A stretch of 64,000 nt of DNA from Candidatus Binatia bacterium (GCA_937925685.1 CALAMI010000017.1:1106-65105); one strand, 5' to 3'; shown: positions 29,179 through 40,134, counted from the stretch's first letter. Notes: generated by a model not told the origin, from the letters alone. Numbers and translations: made by a program.

Positions 29179-30020
29179 TTGGCCGGTGGCAGGGGTGATG
29201 CATCGATACGGCCCAATTGCGTACGCAGCCGACCGGCTACGAGTGCAAGCGCGAATAAAGCAGCAAGGACGAGAACGATGGAGGCACCTGCCGGTACATT
29301 CCATTGGTAGGAGCCCACCAGTCCCCCTACCGTTCCGACGATAGCCAGGACGACCGAGAGCACCAACATCGCTGGGTAACGCCGTGCCAACTGGAACGCA
29401 GCGGCCGCAGGGATCACCAGCAACGCCTCGACCAAAATCAGGCCGATTACGCGCATCGCCACTACGACCGTCAACGCCAAAGCCGTAAGCAGGAAATGGT
29501 GAAGAAGGCGGACCGGTAACCCGCTCGCTTCGGCCACCTCTTCGTCAAAGGCAACAAACAAAAGCTCTTTGAAGAGCAAGGCGACCGCCACCAACACGAG
29601 CAATCCCATCGCTCCCAAGAGCCACAAATCTGTTTGGGTCACCGCCAGAATATTTCCAAAGAGGTAGCTTAGGAGGTCGCTTTGAAATTCCAACGACACG
29701 CTCAAGAGCAAAACGCCCAACGCCATGGCGGCAGAAAACACCACACCAATGGCCGTATCCTCGTGAAGCCGGCCAATTCGGCCGATTCGACCAATGGACC
29801 ACGCTGCAAAGGCAGCGAATGCTGCAGCAGCGGCGAGCGGCTCCACTCCTAGGAGCACGCCGAGAGCCACCCCTCCCAAAGCCGCGTGGGAAATTCCCAC
29901 ACCGATGAAGGCCAGACGACGCAAGACTACGAAAAAACCCAGCACCCCACACAAGCATGCCGCCAAGATGCCGGCTGCGAGAGCACGCTGCAAAAAGCCG
30001 AAGAAGAGCCACTCTGCCAT
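29175..30020 (-). CDS. Metal (Zn/Mn) ABC transporter permease (ABC-3 family)
   Basis: 281 aa, 8-9 TM helices, ZnuB/MntB-like. Confidence 0.75.
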   Translation of the reverse strand: MAEWLFFGFLQRALAAGILAACLCGVLGFFVVLRRLAFIGVGISHAALGGVALGVLLGVEPLAAAAAFAAFAAWSIGRIGRIGRLHEDTAIGVVFSAAMALGVLLLSVSLEFQSDLLSYLFGNILAVTQTDLWLLGAMGLLVLVAVALLFKELLFVAFDEEVAEASGLPVRLLHHFLLTALALTVVVAMRVIGLILVEALLVIPAAAAFQLARRYPAMLVLSVVLAIVGTVGGLVGSYQWNVPAGASIVLVLAALFALALVAGRLRTQLGRIDASPLPPAN

Positions 30021-30023
30021 CGA

Positions 30024-30812
30024 TCAGTCTCCGCCAGGAGCAGTGTCGAGCGCCGCTCGGTCGGCGTACAAGAAATCGAACTCGCAACGGTACGCTTCGC
30101 GTAATTCATGGCTGTGCAGCACCACCTGGGGATTGCCATGAATGTGAGTGGTGCCGTTGATGCACACCAGCTCTTCGGCATGAGCCGCCAGCTCCAGAAG
30201 ATCGTGCGACACCGCGATGACCGTAAGCGCAAGTTCTTGACGCAGCTTCTGCAGTAGCGCGTAGAGTTCGTGTTGCGCTGGTAGATCCAAACCCGTCGTG
30301 GCTTCGTCGAGCAACAGCAACTTCGCTTCACTGGCGAGGGCGCGGGCCAAAAACACCCGTTGTTGTTCCCCCCCCGACAGTTCCGCCAAGCGGCGGCCTT
30401 GGCGATTTTTCATTCCAACCAACTCGATCGCTTGCGCAACGCGCTCCCGGTCGTGCTTTCCCGGCCAACGCAACCAACCAATCTGCGGAGTTCGCCCCAT
30501 CATCACCACGTCCCAGACACACACGGGGAAGTAGGGATCGAACACAGGCCGCTGGGGAACGTAACCAATCCGCCAGCCCCGCTTGCGTGCCTCCACGGGT
30601 GCCAACCCGAACACCCGCACCTCCCCTGCCGTCGCCGGCACCAGGCCGAGGAGCACCCGAAGAAGCGTGGTCTTGCCAGCTCCATTGGGACCGATAATGC
30701 CGACGAAGCACCCCGCCGGAATGCTTAAATCGATATCCCACAAGACACGGCGCCCGTTCAGACGCACTTCCAAGCCGCGGGTCTCCACCACCGGAGCACC
30801 GCCCGCGGTCAT
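30024..30812 (-). CDS. Metal ABC transporter ATP-binding protein
   Basis: Walker A GPNGAGKTT, signature LSGGEQQRV, Walker B LLLLDEAT, H-loop SHD. Confidence 0.8.
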   Translation of the reverse strand: MTAGGAPVVETRGLEVRLNGRRVLWDIDLSIPAGCFVGIIGPNGAGKTTLLRVLLGLVPATAGEVRVFGLAPVEARKRGWRIGYVPQRPVFDPYFPVCVWDVVMMGRTPQIGWLRWPGKHDRERVAQAIELVGMKNRQGRRLAELSGGEQQRVFLARALASEAKLLLLDEATTGLDLPAQHELYALLQKLRQELALTVIAVSHDLLELAAHAEELVCINGTTHIHGNPQVVLHSHELREAYRCEFDFLYADRAALDTAPGGD

Positions 30813-31702
30813 CGCAATGCCTCCAAAAAAGCACGGGCGATCTCCTCCAAGAGGCGCACGTACCCGCCCCGGAGCTCACCAGAGCCAAAGGGATCGATGG
30901 TAACCAAGGGGATTCCCGTCTCGTGGGCAATTTGCCGGGCGGTTTTGGAGAACACGTAAGGCTCCACAACCACCGCCCGTGCCTGGCTGCGACGGATCTC
31001 CCGCACAAGCTTCGTCATCTCTTTCGCGGAAAGTTCTCGCCCAGGCACGGGCTCAATGGTAGCTGCTTCGACGAGCCCATAGCGGTTGGCAAAATACCGC
31101 CACGCAGAGTGCACCGCAACGTACGCTCGCCCCTGCACGGGGGCCAGCTTCGTTCGTAGCCGCGCATCGAGGTGCGACAACTCCTCCCGCCACCGCTCGG
31201 CGCGCAAACGATACGACGCGGCATCAACAGGCGCGATGCGCTCCAAGGCTCCGACCAAAGCGGGCACAGCGTGGTCGCGCACCAGCAGCGGGTCCAGCCA
31301 GAAATGAGGGTCGCGGCCCCCTTTTTCACGAAGAGGCAACAATGGAACGTGATCGCTGAAAGTCATCAGCGCCGGTGGGGTGGGGCCCAGGCCCGTGAGC
31401 TTTTCCACCCAGTCGTCCAGCCCACTTCCAACGCGCACCAACAAGCTCGCACGCTGCAGCAGGCGCACCTGAGCCGGCAGCGGTTCGAACGTGTGCGGAT
31501 TTGCCCCCGCGGGAAGCACGACCACCACTTCTACGTCATCATCCACAACCTGAGCCAGCCACGCAGCTAGCGGGTACAGGGTGGCAGCAAACACCTGCCT
31601 TTCGCCCCCGGCGTGAACCGGGCGCACGACCAGGAGCAAGAAGCAAAGCAACCATCCACAGCGCATCCCGGGCATGCTCGCGAACATCGAGGCGCGCGTC
31701 AA
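30809..31702 (-). CDS. Metal ABC transporter substrate-binding protein (ZnuA/TroA family)
   Basis: Signal peptide. Metal-ligand motifs NPHTFEP, DPHFWLDP, VHSAW. 4-nt overlap with the ATPase gene. Confidence 0.7.
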   Translation of the reverse strand: MTRASMFASMPGMRCGWLLCFLLLVVRPVHAGGERQVFAATLYPLAAWLAQVVDDDVEVVVVLPAGANPHTFEPLPAQVRLLQRASLLVRVGSGLDDWVEKLTGLGPTPPALMTFSDHVPLLPLREKGGRDPHFWLDPLLVRDHAVPALVGALERIAPVDAASYRLRAERWREELSHLDARLRTKLAPVQGRAYVAVHSAWRYFANRYGLVEAATIEPVPGRELSAKEMTKLVREIRRSQARAVVVEPYVFSKTARQIAHETGIPLVTIDPFGSGELRGGYVRLLEEIARAFLEALR

Positions 31703-31744
31703 ATGGTTGCGACGGCAAAAACGCCTTGGCTATACGCGCTAGCC

Positions 31745-32713
31745 ATGAGGAAAATCGCCCTTGGGGCACTTGCCGTTGCTTTGGTTTCCCTGGCGGCACA
31801 AGCAAGCGAAAAGAAGCCGTTCAAGGTTGCGTTGTTGAGTCCCGGGCCGGTGAGCGATGCGGGCTGGAATGCTCTAGCGTACGAGGGTTTGTTGGCCATT
31901 CGCGATCGACTGGGAGCCGAAGTGGCGCAAATCCAAACGAAAACCCCTGCGGAGTTCGAGGAAGGATTCCGTGACTTTGCCCGCCGCGGCTACGATCTCA
32001 TTTTTGGACACGGGTTCGAGTTTCAAGAAGCGGCGGCCGCCGTGGCTCCGGATTTCCCTCATACAGTGTTCATCACCACCTCGGGGAACACGGTGCGCAA
32101 AAATGTGGCACCCATCCGCTTTTTGCTTGAAGAGGCCACGTACCTCGAAGGGGTCCTAGCCGCGCTTCTGTCGAAGACCGGAAAAGCTGGAGCAGTCGGT
32201 GGTATGGAAATTCCTTCTGTGAAAAGCACCATTGTCGCCTTCGAGGCGGGGGCGAAATCCGTGCGGCCCGATTTCCAGGTAATCACTGTCTACATCGGCA
32301 ACTGGGAAGACGTCGGCAGTGCCAAGGCCGCGAGCCTGGCCTTGATCCAACAAGGAGCTGACTTTTTGTTTCACAATGCTGACGCTGCGGGTCTTGGGGT
32401 CTTCCAAGCAGCACAAGAAAAGCAAGTGCGCGCGTTTGGAGCCAACAAAAACCAGAACGACGTTGCCCCAGAAGTGGTTCTTGCCAGCGCCACGATCGAC
32501 ATCCCCCAAGCGTTTGTGCAAGTGGCTCGCGAAGTGAAAGAGGGAAGATTTGTCGGTCGCATCGAGCGCAAGGGAATGAAAGACGGAGTGGTCGACCTCG
32601 TGCTCAACCCCCGTCTCGAGCATCTCATCACCACTGACGCGAAACAGCGCCTCGACGAAATCCGGGCGGCTATCGTGGCTGGCACCATTCAGGTGCCTTC
32701 CGTGGAATTTTAG
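31745..32713 (+). CDS. BMP-family (PnrA/Med/TmpC-like) ABC transporter substrate-binding lipoprotein
   Basis: ATG at 31745 (MRKIALGALAVALVSLAA signal). KVALLSPGPVSDAGWN and FGHGFEF motifs typical of the nucleoside-binding BMP family. Confidence 0.75.
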   Translation: MRKIALGALAVALVSLAAQASEKKPFKVALLSPGPVSDAGWNALAYEGLLAIRDRLGAEVAQIQTKTPAEFEEGFRDFARRGYDLIFGHGFEFQEAAAAVAPDFPHTVFITTSGNTVRKNVAPIRFLLEEATYLEGVLAALLSKTGKAGAVGGMEIPSVKSTIVAFEAGAKSVRPDFQVITVYIGNWEDVGSAKAASLALIQQGADFLFHNADAAGLGVFQAAQEKQVRAFGANKNQNDVAPEVVLASATIDIPQAFVQVAREVKEGRFVGRIERKGMKDGVVDLVLNPRLEHLITTDAKQRLDEIRAAIVAGTIQVPSVEF

Positions 32714-32720
32714 TGGGCTG

Positions 32721-34292
32721 ATGCCGCTGACAACGGACGAGGCGGTTTCCTCCCCCTGCGGCTCGACTCCTGAAGAGCCCCTTCTCGAAGTTCGTGGAAT
32801 CTGCAAGCGCTACGGTCCGGTCGTCGCTCTTGACGGAGTCCATGCAGCGTTCCCGCGCGGCGAGGTGCACGCCATTCTCGGAGAAAATGGCGCGGGTAAA
32901 ACTACCTTGATGCGGATTCTCGCGGGTGAAGAGACTGCCGACGGGGGACAAATCTACCTCGACGGCCAACCCGTCCACTTTCGGTCGCCTTACAGTGCCC
33001 GGCGCCATGGCATCTCCATGGTCCATCAACACTTCGCTCTGGCCGATTCACTCACGGTAGCGGAAAACCTCGCGCTCACACTCGCAGAGCCCCGAGAATG
33101 GCGCCTCCGCCGCAGAGCGCTCGCAGAGCGGGCGCAGTACTGGGCGAAGGTCGTCGGACTTGAAGTGCCACCCTTGGCATCGCCCGTGGGCGACCTTTCG
33201 GTCGGCGCGCGCCAACGCTTAGAGATTCTCAAGGCTCTGGTTCGCGGCCCCCGGGTGTTGATTCTCGACGAGCCCACTGCGGTGTTGACCCCGCAAGAAA
33301 CCGAACAACTCTTCGCTCTGGTTCGCCGGCTCCGCTCCCAGGAGCGTACTATCCTCTTCATTTCGCACAAGCTTGCGGAAGTGCGCGATCTGGCTGACCG
33401 GGTCACCGTGCTCCGGCAAGGGCGAGTCGTCGCGCAAGCCCGGGCACCCTTCGGCAATATGCAGACTTTGGTCGAGGCAATGGTGGGGGAACCGCAGATG
33501 GAGTGGGCAAGACCCCCAGCGCAAATAGGGCAAGAACGTTTAAGCCTAGATCGCGTCTGCACGGATGCCGATCCTTTTGGCACGCCACTGCGGTCTGTGA
33601 GCTTGAGCGTGCGCGCCGGAGAAATATTCGGCATTGCCGGGGTCGACGGAAACGGGCAACGCGAGCTCTTCGAAGTCCTCGCTGGGATGCGCCCGCTCAA
33701 AAGTGGATCGCTCAGGATCCACGGCACAACGGTGGCAGCGCGCGACCCTAAAGATCTGCTGGACGCGGGCGTTGGCTTGGTTCCGCCCGACCGCCGCCGT
33801 GAAGGGCTCGTGTCGGAAATGAGCGTGGTGGAAAATTTACTCCTCCATCGCCGCACCTTGGCTCGCTTCACGCGGCGCTACGCGATTCTCGACTGGCTTG
33901 CGGCGCGCCGCTATGCGCAGCGTCTCGTAGAGGAGTACAGCATTCGTGTTCCGGACCTTGAGTCGGAGGCAGCGACCCTTTCCGGGGGAAACCAGCAGCG
34001 GCTCATTCTCGCACGCGAATTGGCCGCACGACCGCAAATTCTGGTTGCAGCCTATCCGACCCGTGGGCTTGACTTTGCTGCAACCCAGTTCGTTTATCGC
34101 ACCTTGGCTGCCTCGGCTGCTGCGGGTACAGCAGTCGTACTGATTTCCACCGATCTCGAAGAGATTCTCGCCCTGAGCGACCGAGTCGCGGTCCTCTATC
34201 GAGGCAAACTCAGCAAAAGCCTGGCTCCACCAATCGACCCTGTACGCTTGGGGGCTTTGATGGCCGGTCTCGAGGCGGATTCGGCACGTTAA
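32721..34292 (+). CDS. ABC transporter ATP-binding protein with duplicated NBDs (sugar/nucleoside type)
   Basis: Two Walker A sites (GENGAGKTT; GVDGNGQRE-type degenerate second) and two signature sequences (LSVGARQR; LSGGNQQR). Confidence 0.8.
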   Translation: MPLTTDEAVSSPCGSTPEEPLLEVRGICKRYGPVVALDGVHAAFPRGEVHAILGENGAGKTTLMRILAGEETADGGQIYLDGQPVHFRSPYSARRHGISMVHQHFALADSLTVAENLALTLAEPREWRLRRRALAERAQYWAKVVGLEVPPLASPVGDLSVGARQRLEILKALVRGPRVLILDEPTAVLTPQETEQLFALVRRLRSQERTILFISHKLAEVRDLADRVTVLRQGRVVAQARAPFGNMQTLVEAMVGEPQMEWARPPAQIGQERLSLDRVCTDADPFGTPLRSVSLSVRAGEIFGIAGVDGNGQRELFEVLAGMRPLKSGSLRIHGTTVAARDPKDLLDAGVGLVPPDRRREGLVSEMSVVENLLLHRRTLARFTRRYAILDWLAARRYAQRLVEEYSIRVPDLESEAATLSGGNQQRLILARELAARPQILVAAYPTRGLDFAATQFVYRTLAASAAAGTAVVLISTDLEEILALSDRVAVLYRGKLSKSLAPPIDPVRLGALMAGLEADSAR

Positions 34293-34293
34293 T

Positions 34294-35319
34294 ATGCGCC
34301 CTGCGATCGCAGAACTGACCCCCTCTCTCTTCGCTATCGTTTTGGCTCTCGGGGTAAGCGCGGTCGTGGTTTGGCTGACGGGCAGCAGCCCAGCGGCAGC
34401 TTTTGCCGCTTTGCTCGAGGGAGCTTTCGGCAGCCGTGACAGCTTGGCCGAGGTGACCGTCAAAGCTTGTCCCCTGACTCTGACGGGCCTTGCGGTCGCC
34501 TTGGCGTTTCGCGCCAACCTGTGGAACATTGGTGTCGAAGGTCAACTGCTCGTGGGGGCTTTGGCGATGGCGGCGGCGGCGCAAGTCGTGGGATCGAGTT
34601 TGCCAAAGCCGCTTGCCTTGCTCGTCGGCCTCGGGGCAGCGGCAGCCGGAGGGGCGCTGTGGGCAGCCCTTCCTGCCGTGTTGAGACTCCGCCGCGGTGT
34701 CAACGAAGTGATTGCCACCATCATGCTCAACTTCGTTGCCGCTGCCGTGTTAAGCTACCTGGTGCAAGGACCACTGATGGAGCCAGGCGGACGATATCCG
34801 CAAACCGAAGCCCTTCCTCCTGAGTTCGTTCTTCCCCGACTCGCCCCTTATCGGCTGCACCTGGGGTTCCCCGTGGCTCTGCTCGCTGCTGTCGCCCTAC
34901 AATTTGGCCTCTTTCGCACGCGCCACGGCTTTGAGCTTCGGGCCGCCGGCCTCAACCCAGCAGCAGCGCGGCTTGCGGGTATCCCGGTGGAACGGCGGCT
35001 GTTTTGGGCCTTTGTCCTGAGCGGTGCCTTTGCAGGTTTAGCAGGAGGCATCGAGCTAAGTGCCATTACCCGGCGCCTCTACGAACGCTTCTCTCCCGGT
35101 TGGGGTTACACCGCGATCGCGGTCGGGCTTCTCGGCCGGCTCTCGCCTCTTGGGGTCGTCGCCGCCGCGCTATTTTTCGGTGCCCTGGATGCAGGATCCA
35201 ACGCCATGCAACGTGCGGCTGGAGTTTCCGCCGTGGTGGTGTACGTCATCCAAGGCTGCGTCATCCTGTTCCTCGCCACGTTCGAACGTTGGCGGCGCGC
35301 CAGCGCACAGGGGAGCTGA
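34294..35319 (+). CDS. ABC transporter permease (BMP-system associated)
   Basis: 341 aa hydrophobic protein, start 2 nt after the ATPase stop. It is the only permease gene present. Confidence 0.7.
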   Translation: MRPAIAELTPSLFAIVLALGVSAVVVWLTGSSPAAAFAALLEGAFGSRDSLAEVTVKACPLTLTGLAVALAFRANLWNIGVEGQLLVGALAMAAAAQVVGSSLPKPLALLVGLGAAAAGGALWAALPAVLRLRRGVNEVIATIMLNFVAAAVLSYLVQGPLMEPGGRYPQTEALPPEFVLPRLAPYRLHLGFPVALLAAVALQFGLFRTRHGFELRAAGLNPAAARLAGIPVERRLFWAFVLSGAFAGLAGGIELSAITRRLYERFSPGWGYTAIAVGLLGRLSPLGVVAAALFFGALDAGSNAMQRAAGVSAVVVYVIQGCVILFLATFERWRRASAQGS

Positions 35320-35337
35320 AGCGCTGCGAGCACTAGC

Positions 35338-35919
35338 TTACTGGGGCCGACGACGAAACTTCGGTCGCGTCGCCGCGCGCGCGTCAAGGTAAGCTTCAAG
35401 GCCTTTAGCTAGTTCCACGAGATTCGGCTCGATCAAACGAACGATGAACCTCTCCACCTGCGGAGCGACACGACGAGCGAGAAACGTGGGTACTCCAGGG
35501 AACTTTTCCGGATGCACTTCGAGAGAACCGGTAACACGCACACAGCTTACCGTTTCCGGCCCCTCGGGATCAGGCAGGAAAAAGTTCGTCCCATGGCACT
35601 CGTACAGACCCTTTGCCGCGCGAACCTGAGGCTCTTGCCGCCACTCCACTTTGTACTGCGACGGTACCCACAACGCATAGTCCAGCCACTGCAGCAACTC
35701 CCGAGTGAGGAAAGGGCGCACCAGACTCGGCACATGCTCCGCCTTAGCCTCCCAACGCCGAACAATCTCCCAAGTGCCATCAGGCCGCTTCGTCTTCTTC
35801 ACCGTTTCGATCGACGCAATGTTGGGCAGAAACGGTACGATGTCTTCCATGCGTTCAATCATGGTTTTGAGCAACAGTGTCGCCGAATGGTGCACCTTGG
35901 TTTCGCGACAAAATTCCAC
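35338..35919 (-). CDS. SRPBCC-like / hypothetical protein
   Basis: 193 aa. Weak resemblance to START/Bet v1-like polyketide-cyclase proteins. No motif confirmed. Confidence 0.35.
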   Translation of the reverse strand: MEFCRETKVHHSATLLLKTMIERMEDIVPFLPNIASIETVKKTKRPDGTWEIVRRWEAKAEHVPSLVRPFLTRELLQWLDYALWVPSQYKVEWRQEPQVRAAKGLYECHGTNFFLPDPEGPETVSCVRVTGSLEVHPEKFPGVPTFLARRVAPQVERFIVRLIEPNLVELAKGLEAYLDARAATRPKFRRRPQ

Positions 35920-36875
35920 TTACCACCCCTTGCTGAAAAACCTCCAGGTTACGCTCCCGAACACCGTGCCTCCCCCCATGCCAAAAGACCCGGCGAAGGT
36001 CCAGGAGCTGGCTGCCTCGGTAGGTGCCTAAGTTGCATTCCTGCGGTTATGCATCTGCGGTGGGCAGACCACCGCCTAGCCCTTAGACCCACGGGAAGGG
36101 TTCAGAAAGGGACAGGAGGCGTCCGAGGTACACGCGGCCACATCATCGGGGCGGGTGGGCATGCATAGCTCTACCCACCACCACGTTGCAGGAGGATCCC
36201 CGGGCGCACACGGTGTAAGGGTGGATGGCAGTCCGCCGGTGCGGTTGCCACCAGCGTTGTCTGCGCAGCTTCTAGGGACGCGCCGCGCTGGTCACTTCAC
36301 TCGCTCCCACAGCAGAGAATGCCCCGAGGGAGCGGACGAGAGGCATGAACAAAAAGAAACACGGGTGTCGTGGCAAGACGACTGCCCTCACCCCTAGCCC
36401 CCCAGAAGGACGGGGGAACCCAACACCGCGAGGGCGACCAAGCAGGGGTTCGCCTCTTAGCGCCTAGGCCCCAACCCAGTTCCCCATGCTGCTGTACAAA
36501 GCTCGGCTCGCCCGCTGCACGAAAACGTACGCTGTATCCCACTGCCAGCGATCAATTTCGCTCCAGCACACCTGGCACACGAGTTGCCGTGTCCCAGCCC
36601 GCATTTTGTTTCCAGGAGGATGTGGATGCGGCTATTTGCGCGGGGAAGGTGGCTTCAGGATCAAAAACGTTGGAGTGTCGTGATCCCATTACCAGAGAAA
36701 TCCGTCACTTCGAACCTGGAAGAAGGGCAGCCTAGGAAGGAACCTTTAAAGAGACAAGCGGCAAAGATCCTGCGCTTGCGCAAGCGCACAACGAAGCCGT
36801 AACTCGCTTGCTATCGTCCCCAGCCTGTTTGGTCAACGGGACACTTGCGCCCCTGGCGAGGTTGATGCGCCCGAC

Positions 36876-39800
36876 TTGACTTGCTGCGGATTCCAACCGA
36901 GCTTCGAGCTTGTGCTCCAGTGGACATGCCCGCAGCGGTTCGCCCCAGTTTGCCTTCTCATCAGCTCCGTACTGTTACTTCCTGGAACGGCTCAAGCAAA
37001 GAACACCGAGGCCAAGGTTTACGTAGCCCTTGGGTTTCATGCCAATTTTTATCACTCCTGGCGGGGGGATACACCAGACGAAGCCGGCTTCGGTACCGAC
37101 ATCCGCGTTGTGCGCGGCATTCTCGAGATCCTTGACCGCGCCAATGCTCGAGGGCTCGATGCACGCGGCTACTGGGAGTTCGACAACTTGTTCACCCTCG
37201 AATCGATCCTGCCGCATCACGCCCCAGATATCCTCGAGCGGGTCCGCCGCCGTGTAGCCGCTGGCTTGGATGAGATCATCCTGGCCCCCTATGACAACGG
37301 CATGTTCAGCGCCATGACCGAAGAGGAAATGCGTGTCAACCTCAGGTGGGCGGTGCGCAATCCTTGGGGCTCTGGAGTTGCCGATTTGTTTCCGCATTTC
37401 TCCGCTATTTTGCGGCCGCAGGAGTACATGTTCACGACGGGAACGATCCCGCTCCTGCAAAGCGAAGGGATCGAGGCTGTGGTGCTTGCTTACTCGAACT
37501 ACCCGTTCACGGCCTTCTCCAACTTCGTTCCCGCCCTCCCAACGGAGGAGCGATTCAACCCGCTTTGGCTGCAAACCGAGCCGGGCGGACGACGCATCGT
37601 CCTTCTACCAGCCGTGAGCCTTGGAGATATCGTTAACTTCGGTAGCTTCGAGAAATGGCTGCTCGACTTGCGCCGCTGGCAACTCCAACAGCCCGAACCA
37701 CGCGATGTTCTACTACACGTCAATTTCGATGCTGACGCTGAGACGTGGCTACCTCTGCCACTACCACAGTGGTTGCGCTGGCTCCCCAACAGCGGTGGGT
37801 TGCAAGAGTACATCGAAGCGGTCAACCGCTACGATTGGGCGAAGTTCACCACGTTAGGCGACTACCTGCGCGCACACGTTCCTTTAGGAAGCATCGTGGT
37901 GCGGCAAGACATGGCCGACGGTGCATGGGACGGGCAGTATTCCTGGGCAGAAAAATTTCCTAGCCAATGGCTGTGGACCAAGCTCGAGCAGTCGCGCTTA
38001 GCGGAACGTCGCGCCCTCGCACTGGCGACGGACGTTGACGAAGCCAGACGGGCGCACGTAAAGGGGATCTTGTTCGATGGGCGCGACAGTGCGTTTTTCG
38101 AACGCCTGCGCGCACTTTCGACAACTCACTTCGGCATGAGCACCCCTATGGTAAACGAAGAGCGACAAGCGGTTGCGGAATCCATCGTCGCCCGTAGCCT
38201 AGCCCATGCCCGCGAAGCCGAGCAGTTGGCGGCGCACTTCTGGCGAGAACGCAACGAAGTGCGAGCCAGCTGCGACTACGACCTCCTCGTCGTCGATGTG
38301 CGAGCCCACGGCGGCGTTGCCGATACCATGGTGACGATTCCGGTGTGGTGGCCAGACCCACCTCAGTCGCTGCACGTAACGACGGCCACAGGGAAACACC
38401 TGCCGGCTGCCATTTTCGATCTGCAGAGGCTCGGTGCCGCTGGCGACCGCGGCGTTTTCGGTGAACTGTGGCTTCGCATTCCTCTCGCAACCCAACAACG
38501 GGAGAGAGTGTGCGTTCGCGGCAGTAGGGAACCTGACTACGACACTGCCGGCCGAACACGAACGACACAAACGGGGCAAGCGGCAACGTCTTTTCCAGTC
38601 ACCTGGAATGAGACGGGCAAGCTCGTATCTTGGAAATTCCAAGGCAAGGAGTTCGCCCACGAGGACTTTGTTTCCCCCTTCGTCACCTATCGTGCGAGAG
38701 GCCAAGCCCGCGTGTTCCCAGCCTCCTGGCAAGCGCTCCCGCCAGGCGTCGGGGTCGGCGACCTGGCCGCCGAGCGACGCCGCTCCCGCGCCACCATCTC
38801 GTTCCCCATCGAAGAAGGGCAAGCAGTGGTGGAGATCACCACCACCTGGACGGTATTTCCCGATGTCGGCAGGATCGTTGCCGATGTGGACGTGCGTTAT
38901 CCCTACACGCCCAAACGGGAAGCACTGCACACGTTGCAGCAAAAACTCCGCCGCCTGATCGACCTACGCTGGGTCGAGGTCGCACCCTTCGAGCTCCGGC
39001 CGGTTGTAGCGGGAAGCCCCAATATGCGCTTGCGCGTGTGGAAACACAACTGGCTCGGAATCACCTCCTCTTACGAGTTGGATTACGCTGCCATCAATCC
39101 TGCCAATGCTTCGCTCGATTCTTTCAACCACCAGGTCACTGCGGGTTGGGTCGCAGTGTCAGACCGCAGCACTGGTCTCCTGATCGCGCAAAACGCCGAC
39201 GTGTGGTCGTCGCTGGCGTTTGCCCCCATGCGCCTTAACGAAGTCAGCGGCATACAGCGGCTACGGATCAATCCATTCGGATCTTATCATGGCCGGCAAA
39301 TGAGCTACGCCCATCTCGGCGGTTCCGGGATTGCCCAAGAAATTGCCGAGCAAAAAGGCGCACAATTCCGCCCCAATGGGCCGAGCTTCAATGGGCAACG
39401 GCAGCGCTTCCGCTTACTCCTCGGAGCTTACCTGGGCGACGCGCCGCCGCCTTCGCTGCAAGATGCCGCCAACGCTTTCTTCTATCCGCCGGCGGTCGTG
39501 TACCTTCGCTCGCCAGTGGCCGAGGGGGTCGTCCTCGCCGACCAGATGTACGCCTGGATCGACCGCGAGGTCGGCTTGGCAGCGGAAACGGGCGACCAGC
39601 CACCCACTGCACCACGTGCCTTTCTGGTCAACCCCACCGACGGCGCTGCTCATTTGGTGTGGGATCCTCCGGCCTCAGGAGCAGTCGCGTTCTACGAGGT
39701 TGCGTGGCGACGCGTAGGCTCGTCGGAGTGGAAGCAGCAAACCTCGGAGCGTACCCGCTCGACCGTGCCCGCTCTAGAAAACGGGGCCGAATACGAGTTT

Positions 39801-39995
39801 CGCGTACGGGCCATTGGCCCTGGAAATGTCGCCGGGACCTGGAGCACGACGCAACCGAGCCGCATCGGCGCCGTAGGAATGAGCGGGTTTGGCGACGAGG
39901 CTCGTGGGCTCAGCCGTGGGTTACTGGCTCGCCTGTTTTTTCAGTCCCTTCGCGCTGCATTCTCTACTTGGTGGGCTCGCGCGACTATGCACTGA
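36876..39995 (+). CDS. Large secreted protein with glycoside-hydrolase/deacetylase-like N-terminal region and C-terminal fibronectin type III domain
   Basis: Signal peptide (CLLISSVLLLPGTAQA). N-terminal VALGFHANFYHSW, which I compare, tentatively, to the His-containing first motifs of (beta/alpha)7-barrel carbohydrate-active enzymes such as GH57, GH38 and CE4. Clear FN3 near the C-terminus (LVWDPP...YEVAWRRVGSSEW...YEFRVRAIG). Confidence 0.5.
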   Translation: MTCCGFQPSFELVLQWTCPQRFAPVCLLISSVLLLPGTAQAKNTEAKVYVALGFHANFYHSWRGDTPDEAGFGTDIRVVRGILEILDRANARGLDARGYWEFDNLFTLESILPHHAPDILERVRRRVAAGLDEIILAPYDNGMFSAMTEEEMRVNLRWAVRNPWGSGVADLFPHFSAILRPQEYMFTTGTIPLLQSEGIEAVVLAYSNYPFTAFSNFVPALPTEERFNPLWLQTEPGGRRIVLLPAVSLGDIVNFGSFEKWLLDLRRWQLQQPEPRDVLLHVNFDADAETWLPLPLPQWLRWLPNSGGLQEYIEAVNRYDWAKFTTLGDYLRAHVPLGSIVVRQDMADGAWDGQYSWAEKFPSQWLWTKLEQSRLAERRALALATDVDEARRAHVKGILFDGRDSAFFERLRALSTTHFGMSTPMVNEERQAVAESIVARSLAHAREAEQLAAHFWRERNEVRASCDYDLLVVDVRAHGGVADTMVTIPVWWPDPPQSLHVTTATGKHLPAAIFDLQRLGAAGDRGVFGELWLRIPLATQQRERVCVRGSREPDYDTAGRTRTTQTGQAATSFPVTWNETGKLVSWKFQGKEFAHEDFVSPFVTYRARGQARVFPASWQALPPGVGVGDLAAERRRSRATISFPIEEGQAVVEITTTWTVFPDVGRIVADVDVRYPYTPKREALHTLQQKLRRLIDLRWVEVAPFELRPVVAGSPNMRLRVWKHNWLGITSSYELDYAAINPANASLDSFNHQVTAGWVAVSDRSTGLLIAQNADVWSSLAFAPMRLNEVSGIQRLRINPFGSYHGRQMSYAHLGGSGIAQEIAEQKGAQFRPNGPSFNGQRQRFRLLLGAYLGDAPPPSLQDAANAFFYPPAVVYLRSPVAEGVVLADQMYAWIDREVGLAAETGDQPPTAPRAFLVNPTDGAAHLVWDPPASGAVAFYEVAWRRVGSSEWKQQTSERTRSTVPALENGAEYEFRVRAIGPGNVAGTWSTTQPSRIGAVGMSGFGDEARGLSRGLLARLFFQSLRAAFSTWWARATMH

Positions 39996-40134
39996 CTCCT
40001 CGTACTCCCTGGTGATGGGGCTCCACAGCACGCCCGAGACTAGCCGGGGCCTTGTGCGGTCGCACCCCCGCCCCAAGGCTGTCCGTTCCTCCTCACTGGA
40101 CCACAAAGGGCCACAAACCATCACCGCCGCGGAT

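Noticed and set aside
31613-31744. Long N-terminal extension of the BMP lipoprotein ORF
   Set aside because: It would overlap the divergent znuA-like gene. The signal peptide begins at the internal ATG 31745.
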